Below are positions 54,443 through 64,000 of a stretch of 64,000 nucleotides of DNA, one piece after another. This stretch comes from Haliotis rufescens (lineage: Eukaryota). The first letter of the stretch is position 1, and each line of letters begins with the position of its first letter. A program made the position numbers and the translations under genes. The notes below the pieces were generated by a model. The model ran no database searches. It was given only the letters and a program-made list of their open reading frames with translations, and had not been told where the DNA came from. Location of the stretch: positions 42,346,001-42,410,000 of the forward strand of contig NW_025963890.1 of assembly GCF_023055435.1 (NCBI RefSeq), read 5' to 3'.

Positions 54443-54687
54443 GACCCGTGAAGATCCGGGGTAGAATAGGTCTTCAGCGACTATGCTTGTCGTAAAAGGC
54501 GACTAACGGGATCGGGTGGTCAGGCTCGCTGACTTGGTGGATGCATGTCATCGATCCCAATTGGGTGGATCGATGATCATGATATCAATCACTGGATTGT
54601 CTGGTCCAGACTCGATTATTTACAGACCGCCGTCATATAGCTGGAATATTGCTGAGTGCGGCGTAAAACAACAAACCAACCAACCAA
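54443..54687 (+). mobile_element. Short retroposon family 3
   Basis: Same TSD CTATAACTGCTGAG as 21550-21821. Confidence 0.88.
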
Positions 54688-55883
54688 CTATAACTGCTGA
54701 GTAGCAACACCGCACACATATTTCATCGTCATTGTCCCTTGCAGTTTCTTTGTACGCTGTCAAAGTTGTCATAGTCATTTCATAACTAAAAAGTAACACA
54801 AAGTGTGTGATCGAAGAGTGTGTGATACTTTACTGCTCAAATATATTCATGAATATCATTTGTGAGATATAAGGGAAAATAACTCAAAAGTTAAAATTGA
54901 AATTATCTCAACTCAGATAAGTCCTTATACATCGCCATTTACAATTGCCACAGACTTTTAATCATCATTATGGCGTAAATCTAAATAGAGCGACAAAATT
55001 ATTTCCATAATCATATGGAATCTCTGCTAAAACAGTCTGTTGTATGACTTTGACTATAGCATGTGTTTATGAATCACTATCAACCTGTAATGATACCAGG
55101 TATCTCTGAAATGGTTAAAACCGGTGGAACCCATCACAAACACATGCAAAGGCAAGTCAATTGATCACCTAAACAAACACAAGAACATATGGCATAAGTC
55201 GACATAGAGAATTGCATCTCACATAAATTTGGTCAATGATGCGTCAAATTTGGAAATGTCCTCCACATTTTGAAAGCTTTTTGAAAATTTTACTGCCACC
55301 TCAAATGTTGTAACCTTGATCAAACAACTTCTGAAGAAGAGTCGTATGACACGCTTTGAAATCTTGGTAGAAAGAGCTTGCTCGATTGTATCTCAAAATT
55401 TGTGAAATGTAAACACCAAAGGCTGTTTGTATTCGGAATCGTACATTCTATTGGATATGGAAAGGGTTTTGTTGCTTTAATCTTTATGATTATGGAAAGG
55501 AATTTGTCGCTTTCATTAATAATTTTAGATTCGTCCGCATCCTGTATGTGAAAGAAGATTATGAAACAATGTGTGGTGTGACAGTTTTCATGACAAGGAC
55601 ATATTTTGGTTACCAAGACATTTTTTCCCACAACATGTACAACTTCCGTGTTCGTTTACGATACATCAAGACAATAGGAACCTTTCTCTAATCGACTCCA
55701 GTTCATAATATTGTAAGATTGTCGGGTAATCTCTTGCAGATAAAGACCAGTTTCCTGTAGCAAAAGATGCATGTGTTCATATGATTGGCACATCTTGATT
55801 ATTTGCCAGTATTATCATTGACGAAGTGGTACGCTGACTTTATCGTTCTACAATCACAAGCCACCTCAAGTATGTTGACACAT

Positions 55884-56543
55884 TTTGATCATCTATTGCC
55901 TGCCTTGCGGTAAACATTGACTGAACAAAGCAGTAGTGTTTGATCATCTATTGCCTGCCTTGCGGTAAACATTGACTGAACAAAGCAGTAGTGTTTGATC
56001 ATCTATTGCCTGCCTTGCGGTAAACATTGACTGAACAAAGCAGTAGTGTTTGATCATCTATTGCCTGCCTAGGGGTAAACATTGACTGAACAAAGCAGTA
56101 GTGTTTGATCATCTATTGCCTGCCTTGGGGTAAACATTGACTGAACAAAGCAGTAGTGTTTGATCATCTATTGCCTGCCTAGGGGTAAACATTGACTGAA
56201 CAAAGCAGTAGTGTTTGATCATCTATTGCCTGCCTTGGGGTAAACATTGACTGAACAAAGCAGTAGTGTTTGATCATCTATTGCCTGCATTGCGGTAAAC
56301 ATTGACTGAACAAAGCAGTAGTGTTTGATCATCTATTGCCTGCCTTGCGGTAAACATTGACTGAACAAAGCAGTAGTGTTTGATCATCTATTGCCTGCCT
56401 AGGGGTAAACATTGACTGAACAAAGCAGTAGTGTTTGATCATCTATTGCCTGCCTTGGGGTAAACATTGACTGAACAAAGCAGTAGTGTTTGATCATCTA
56501 TTGCCTGCCTTGCGGTAAACATTGACTGAACAAAGCAGTAGTG
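55884..56543 (+). repeat. 55-bp satellite, 12 units
   Basis: Same unit and same flanks as 23006-26442. Confidence 0.98.
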
Positions 56544-57003
56544 TACACGTTACTGGGGATGGCTGCAGCTTACATTCTGTGTAACTCACAGTCACTTGTT
56601 GATTGTGTGAAACAAAATTTATACTTCTCATTTCTGATTTAACTTGTAATTGAAAAATTGCTATGAACCATACCCAGTGTGTTATCTGGATGTGTTCGTG
56701 ACGTCCTCTGTAAGATGCTGTATGCCAAGATGGATGGTTTCGATTTTCAGCTGTGTATTAACCCTTCATTTCCAGCAATATGTCATCAGCTCCAGTGTAT
56801 TTATTCTACATTTGTCAGTTGCTAAGGTACTTACTTAAGAGCAGATATACTTTATTCAAATTTCATGGAAAGACACATGATGCTTACAACAGAGCTTTTC
56901 ATTCAAGAACCTGGTTAAGTAATTCGAGATTCTGACAAATATGACAGTTGACAATGCCATATCATGCTATTTGACCTTTTATGAGGAACTTACTGAACAT
57001 TTT

Positions 57004-57168
57004 GTGAGTGAGTGAGAATTTTTTACGCCGCTTTAAGCAATATTCCAGCAATATCACGGCGGGGGACACCAGAAATGGGCTCCACACATTGTACCCATGT
57101 GGCGAATCGAACCCGGGTCTTCAGTGTGACGAGCGAACACTTTAACCACAAGGCTACCCCGACCCCCC
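57004..57168 (-). mobile_element. SINE family 1
   Basis: Counterpart of 26941-27102. Confidence 0.85.
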
Positions 57169-57424
57169 ACCAGTTGTGAAGACCATGCTTAGATGTATAC
57201 CCATTTCGTGAACAACTTGTGTGTTTACTGATTTTCAGTGTTCCATTCACATAGTTTTCATCACTAAATTGCATTTTACTTCATATGGCATCTGTTATTC
57301 TATGGCGTTTACGTTTTAAATTAATTCACTTCCCGTGGGATTTCACATGACAATCGTATTATACATTATCGAAGTGTCTAACGTAGTGTATAATATTTCA
57401 CAGGTATAGTTTGCTGATACAACA

Positions 57425-60400
57425 ATGGCCACACAATCTGCAGTCATTGCTGTCACCGCTCACATCATCGTACTTACCCATGGTAGGTATCACTCTTCCG
57501 TTCACAATTTTACTTACTTTAAACGCAGCAATAATATAGTTTCAAATTGTTTGATGCCCTTATGTCTGACTATATAGAGATTATTTGCCGAGTGTGCCGG
57601 ACATAAGGAATATATATATTAGGGATAAACATTGTCTTATAAATGCGATCCTTTTATTTCTAATATTTGATAATTACGACGACGTTACGGAAACACAAGA
57701 ATATAATTTCAAATTGTGTCATTCTTGAAGTAATTTCACCTCAAGGAGTAACTAAAGAAACTGCATCAATAAAGAATGCGAACCGCCCCATTAATGATAA
57801 AGTGCAGATAGTTTGCCTGCAAACAAAACCCACACACATTGGGAACCCACGAGCACGGGTATGGTGCTGACAAACCTAGAAACATAATCGTGGCGAACCA
57901 GGATTCGAACCCACAATCATAGCTTTCTGGCGTGCCGAAGGGACGCAACTCTGCACAGCGAATCGCGGCGCCTAAGACGACTGGGCAACCTCTGTCCCTT
58001 CATAGCATTGATGTGTGGAGATTAAGAGTAGTTCTTAGTGGCTTCATTTGCATATTTATCGGCCCGTGATCAAGTATATGTCACTAAGAGACAGGTCACT
58101 ACTTTAAACACTTTCCATTCTGTCATAATTTCTATTTACAAGTATATTTCATATTATGCTAAGTAGAGGAAAATGGCAAAATTTAGAATTGGTAAGGAAT
58201 AGAGGGATCTTGGTACCATAACTGAGCATGAACTAAATCTTATAAAGACGGGGCGGTCGGGTAGCCTAGTGGTTAAAGCGTTCGCTCGTCACGCCGAAGA
58301 CCCGGGTTCGAATCCAGACATGGGTACAATGTGTGAAGCCCATTTCTGGTGTCCCCCGCCGTGATATTGCTGGAATATTGCTAAAAGCGGCGTAAAACCA
58401 TACCCACTCACTCACTCTTATAAAGATGACATTTACCATAAATGGGCCACAAAGATTGCATGTATCGCGTCGTTTAAGTCTTTTTGATGTCGATACAACT
58501 ATTTTCTTCCTGTTATCCTGTTTTTCACACAGAACATCATAACTTAGAACATCATAACTTTCAACTTCCTCTTTTGGAATAGAAACCTGCCAAAAATAGA
58601 AAAATAACATTGAAATTACCGGCAACTATTACGAAGAATATATTATTGATAAAGACGGACACGTATGTGTCGAAAACAAAACAGTTCCGCAAGATACCAG
58701 TTCGAATCAGCGTTTTCAGATAACTTAGCTTTCTACGATATTGTTTAACAATATGTATATTTCAGCCCTCGTATTTGTTTTCGCTGCTGGGAATGTTATG
58801 CTGGAAAACCCTTTTAAGTTTCTATATTTTGAAATTAAAGCTGTAGATGGATTGTAAGTGCTATTTGGTTGAAGTGTTTGAAGATTACATAAAGAAATGG
58901 ATTTATATCCTGTGTATTCAGTCTTTCTGTTCCCACTTCCAGCCTGTACGGATCCCACAAATTGTATCAAGTTAAATCATGTTGATACAACCGGCAAACC
59001 TACGTGTGAGCTCGGGTGTATTGATGGATGGTCCGGCGACTGCTGTCGGCAGCACTGTCTCGACAGGTGCATTGCTTGTTCCTCCAGAAATACACGTGAG
59101 TGCTCGAAGTATGAATCTGGTCGTTATGGAATCAGATGTGAGGATCTCTGTGGGCAGTGTCATAAGGGCAACTGTTCCATCAATGGGACATGTCATGATG
59201 GGTGTAAGCCTGGCTTCTGGGGAACACGCTGCAGCCATCCGTGTTCTCAACACTGCAAGGATGAAGAAATGGACAGTCACTGTGAACATCATACAGGACA
59301 TTGCATCTATGGTTGTAAGGACGGATACTTTGGGGGATCCTGTGACGCCATGTGTCCAGATGACTGTGAGGGGTGTAACAGTACAAGCAGAGAGTGCAAA
59401 ATATGTAATGACGGGTTCTATGGTATTGAATGTTATCATCCTTGTCCACAGAACTGTAAGCAGTGTCTTGATTCAAACACAACATGCAAGACTTGCTCAG
59501 ATGAGGATGGGATGTGTTCTATAGGTTGCACTTATGGTTTCTATGGCCCGACGTGCAATCAAACATGTCCACAGAATTGCAGATACTGTAACGAATCAGA
59601 TGTAAGTTGCCTAAAATGTGGCAGAGAAGATGGAGAATGCTCTCAAGGATGCAGGAAAGGGTATTATGGACGTCACTGTCAACACACGTGTCCTGAGAAC
59701 TGTCTTCAGTGTAACACGACCAGGGACTGTGATGAGTGTATGGTGTCTCAGCGTGGTAGTAACTGCACCCTGGTGTGTCACACGTGTCCCTCCGTGCGTT
59801 GTCTACCTGATGGTAACTGTACATTGGAGTGTAAAGACGGTATTACAGGAGACAGGTGCGACATCACAACTGAGACAAAGGTTTCACACAAAGACGTCTT
59901 TGGCTACATCTCTGAGCTGATAAAGAATAACGGTCAGTCTCATGTAATAAATACTTTAGGAGATAAACATTATGTGTTTTCAGAGTTCGACAGATCTGAG
60001 GACATCCCATTGCGGGTCATGTCAGACCGACCTTTCATCTGACCAATCAGGACATCGCTTATCAGATCATGAAAGTGACAGCTGGAATGTGATTTTTGAT
60101 CATGCAACCTCGAATAATAAAACACAGGGTACTCCAAACGGCAGTTATGGGCTTTATGCCTGTATTCATACAATCTAGACCATCTATTAGCCATTCCGGG
60201 CTGTTCTTTTGTTCAGTTTTTCATTTGTTTATGTCAAAATATGTTTCGAAGCGTAGTCGCCAGTTTGAAACTCGTACCGTAAAGCTCGATTAAGCTGCCT
60301 TCTGAATGGCTAATATCGACTTCTTGTTAGTCATTCCATTGGTCGGTCAGACGTGACCCGTAATGGGATGTCCTCAGATCTTTGTTTAGCGGGAGCGAGA

Positions 60401-62205
60401 ACTAAGATCAGATTTTAATGAGATTGATCCTTACGTGAACATTTACAGATGTGGGTCATGCATGACGTCACTCTGGAATGTCATTACGTCATAATAATAA
60501 TTTCTGCCACTGTAACTAACCTCGTCTGTTTAGTATGATGTTGACGACATAGAAGTTTGTTCAAATACATATTTATCCAGCTTAATATCGCATTAGTGCA
60601 GTATCCGTCTGGCCAAAACGAATGGTGCGCTGTTGCTTTTTAAATTAGAGATTGCGAAAAAATACATACTCATTGAAATCCAGCATCCAATCCTATGAAA
60701 CAACGGGTTTTTATTCACCAAGCTGATGAAACATATTTCCATTCAGTTTACAATAATCGGCATTTGTCAAAGAATTTGTATCACGTGTCTTTATATGTAC
60801 CAATGTACAGAAAATAATGCATTGATGTATGTGATGTTTTCAGGATATTTTCTTCCATTCCTGGCAAGTGCTCTTGCCTTGTTAATAGCCCTGTGTGGTT
60901 TCCTATTTTGGAGATGCAGGTTTGTGACATATATTATCCATACCTTTTTCGGGTTTAATGTGTTTCAGAGTGGCATTAACTTAAGCCAATCATAGAGTCA
61001 AATAAATAAATATCATAATGTAAGATGAAGTTGATGTTTGCTTTTTCAAACAGTATAATTTAAGAGATCACATGGCCTGAGGGAAATTGTTATCTGGCAA
61101 ACTTTATTCATGATTTGTGTTGCACTTTATCAAGGAATACAAAGAAACATTTTACGAAAAAGCTTAGAGAAAATATTATATGTCAGTAACATGACGATAA
61201 ATAAAAGTTGTGTTTTGAAAGTTCTATGTTCATCAAATTAAATTATGCTTAATCATTCAGTGTTCAGCATTCAATCCTCAGCATTCGGTGTTCATTGCGA
61301 GAGTCTTTTAAGGCACTGATTTAGAAGGGGGATAAATTTATTACAAGGAGTATTGTTACTATACATACACAAGGTTTCAGGACTACTTCTTGCCCCTTCA
61401 TCAGGTGTCCTGTTCTCCCACCGTGTCATTTACATGATGAACGGGCAAAACGTATCACTGAAACCTTGTGTAAGTGATAAAAATAAGTTTTTTATCAATA
61501 ACATTCCTTGTCATAAATGTTCAATGCATTTTGCTGCTAAGAGACTGAATATGTTGCAGCAAGAGTATTTATTGTATTTCTCATTTTGTCTTTACAAATA
61601 GAAAGATCCACCGAGACAGAGCTGCCTCATTACCTACATGTGGCTACTCAGACGTGATGCATTCCACGGAAGAAACGGTACATAAATCTGGAGACATTTA
61701 CGACGAAATAATAGATGAAGACCTGCATATTGACCATATCGAAATGAAGCCATTGTTCTTATCAGGGCCAAAATTGCCAGCACCTCCCCATGCAGGTTCA
61801 ACTGATGTCGATGATGACTACACATTGTCCACAGACACTGACACCCAGGAGGTTACAGTATGTCAGCAAGGATCTTCAGGGTATATAACACCAAGGCAAA
61901 ATCTCTCCGGTGAAGGTGACTATCCGGAGGTTCCTGCAGCTGTCAGTGGAAATGTTCCTGGTGAAACTGACAACAGGACTGTCATACAAAGGGGTGCCCA
62001 AATGGAACAGAAGGTCGACCTCAGTACGATATCAGCCAAAGTGGAGGTGGTTACTTTGAGTCAAGCTATCATACCTGGAACACGTCGGATCACGGAGGAT
62101 TATTTAAACTTAAGAAGATCTGATGAACCAAACTCCCTGGAAATGAGCTTGGTTTCAATAGTTAATGTTTATTCTCAGTGCAATGGGAATGTGCATCAAC
62201 AATAA
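57425..62205 (+). CDS. Receptor C: multiple EGF-like-domain type I membrane protein, about 575 aa; join(57425..57482,58943..59932,60844..60919,61602..62205)
   Basis: GT-AG introns, same phases, 1728 nt in frame. Signal exon MATQSAVIAVTAHIIVLTH, EGF exon (ORF 58897..60042), TM exon YFLPFLASALALLIALCGFLFW, divergent cytoplasmic exon (ORF 61654..62205). Confidence 0.88.
58250..58415 (+). mobile_element. SINE family 1 in intron 1 of receptor C
   Basis: Same TSD TCTTATAAAGA as 28110-28275. Confidence 0.92.
59992..60381. mobile_element. MITE-like element with inverted repeats of about 41 bp in intron 2 of receptor C
   Basis: AGATCTGAGGACATCCCATTGCGGGTCA... at 59992 pairs with ...TGACCCGTAATGGGATGTCCTCAGATCT ending at 60381. 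Confidence 0.7.
61366..61472. ncRNA. Inverted pair of minimal hammerhead-ribozyme-like motifs (Penelope-type)
   Basis: - strand CTGATGAA GGGGC AAGAAGTA GTCCT GAAAC; + strand degenerate ATGATGAA CGGGC...CACT GAAAC. Confidence 0.5.
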
Positions 62206-62926
62206 TTATTTTATTATGATTATATTAAGGAAGAGAATATATGGATGTCAACTTCTTTATTATGAGGAACACAAACTTTCGGAGTATATGCTTACTCCTT
62301 CATCATATAAGCATATACTCCGAAACGTTAATCACTTCTAAATGCCTTTCAAAGACCTGATGATTATTATTTCCTCCAATTCAGGGAGAGTACAGACATA
62401 CGGTTATACATTTATTTTATTTACAAGCAAGAGATGCATTCTTGTTGTACACGTACGCATTTTATACATGCACTGATTCTGGTCTTCTTCACTTAGTGAC
62501 GTTGACATTGCAAGACAGCAGTGATACCCGTCTCGTTCACTCACACTCATGGTGTAAGAATACACTTAAGTCTGTTGGGCCAATATTAATGACATCACAG
62601 AATGTTTCCTGTATGGTTCACATGCTGTGAACATGTTGGTTAATTGATCTACAACAATAGTCTACTCTTGTGACTCAGCTTCTGGTCAGCGTCGACGTCT
62701 GTTAGCACAGTACATGCACTGGCAACGACATGAGATACACATGGGAATTGGGTGGTCATCAAGCCCCGAAGGCGTAGGGCGTTGTCTCAATCTAATCAAC
62801 CATAAGTTTACTTGGCCCATCTGGATGCATGTACATATGTATATAGTTTTAGTACTTTTCCGCTGAAAATTGGAATTAAAAACAACTTGGGCATGCCGTG
62901 CGTGTTTGAACCTGTGATCTCAGTTA

Positions 62927-63083
62927 TGAGTGAGTCAGGTTTTACGCCGCGTTTAGCTATAATCCAGCAATATCACGGCGGGGGACACCAGAAATGGGCT
63001 TCACATATAGTACCCATGTCGGGAATCGAACCCAGGTCTTCGGCGTGACGAGCGAACGCTTTGTTCACTAGGCCGACCGACCA
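62927..63083 (-). mobile_element. SINE family 1
   Basis: Reverse complement of the family 1 consensus. Confidence 0.85.
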
Positions 63084-63444
63084 GACCGACCCTCAGTTGT
63101 GACAATTACATTCAAGATAAGTATTAACATGTTCTAAGTTAATTAATTTCCCTTTAGAAGGGGTAATGTACAGTATCAGTTAAATTGTTCTTGCATTAAT
63201 TAGTCACAGTTCGATTCCGCCTTGTTCTGACATATCGATAAATAAACATGTAAACCACATTTGCTTGCTATCTTCAAACATTCTTTTTAAAGAATCCTTA
63301 TTCATTGATACTCCTTGTACATCGACATGTTTAGGTTTATAAATACACTTACAACAAGGTAATTGAAACAGCAACACTACCGGCCATACCCGGATGTCCG
63401 ACGTCATGAGGCTGCCTCTGATGTGGAATGCGTATTAGGTCAGT

Positions 63445-63630
63445 GGCCCCGTGAAGATCCGGGTTGGAATTGGTCTTCAGCAACCCATGCTTGTCATAAG
63501 ACACGACTTAAGGGATCGTTCGTGATGTCAATCACTGAACTGTCTGGCCCAGCCTTTATTATTTACAGACCGCCGTGATATAGCTGGAATATTGCGGAGA
63601 GTGGCGTTAAACAACAAATAAACAAACATA
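63445..63630 (+). mobile_element. Short retroposon family 3, internally deleted
   Basis: CCCGTGAAGATCCGGGTTGGAATTGGTCTTCAGCAACCCATGCTTGTC ... GCTGGAATATTGC ... GGCGTTAAAC. Confidence 0.8.
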
Positions 63631-64000
63631 CTAGGATATTGAGGTTTATCACTTTTCAGACATTGTACCAATTTCAGGTCTTCTCCGTGACGAACAAGAG
63701 CATGTCACGCGTCGATTTATGGGTGCCCTTAATGCTCTTTTCAAAACTTTTGACCCGGCATTTTTCCTTTTTAACGTGACGTATTTTTGAATGATAAAAA
63801 ACCAATTTGAGTGAGTTAAAATAAATTAAAGTCACAACAACGATGTAAGGGGGAGTAGTGAGTGGATTAATTGTAACCAGCATGGACAATATTGCAATAA
63901 TGAATTGATAATCACATTAAGAGAACGTAAATAGAGGTGAAAACGTTTAGTTTACCAGAACAGGCAGCGTATACTCGAGTAGGGGTGCGTCCGTTCGGTA

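Larger units (their letters stand above)
46197..59795 (+). repeat. Segmental duplication, copy 2
   Basis: See copy 1; differs by a SINE insertion, several deletions and satellite length. Confidence 0.93.

Overview
AT-rich, intron-containing eukaryotic DNA. The repeat content (tRNA-headed SINEs with (CTCA)n tails, Tc1, Penelope-like and Helentron-like relics) suggests an invertebrate, plausibly a mollusc; this is inference. Three N gaps lie at 16758-16922, 18773-18936 and 51891-52037. The window is a cluster of cell-surface receptor genes. Three intact + strand paralogs (A 2537-7010, B 27359-31406, C 57425-62205) each have four coding exons: signal peptide, one large Cys-rich EGF/laminin-EGF ectodomain exon, transmembrane, and Tyr/Pro-motif cytoplasmic tail. 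They resemble MEGF10/SREC/Draper receptors. B is a chimera with a C-type upstream region and ectodomain and an A-type membrane anchor and tail. A fourth gene on the - strand (about 40951-36551) is absent from the ORF track: short EGF exon, TM exon, then a large decayed exon with NACHT (STAND NTPase)-like motifs, i.e. a candidate EGF-TM-NACHT receptor, probably pseudogenised. A degenerate 3-4 kb unit with weaker NACHT-like traces is repeated between the genes. About 14-16 kb upstream of B and C is a recent near-identical duplication containing a 55-bp satellite of about 63 versus 12 units. All alignments and motif calls were made by eye.
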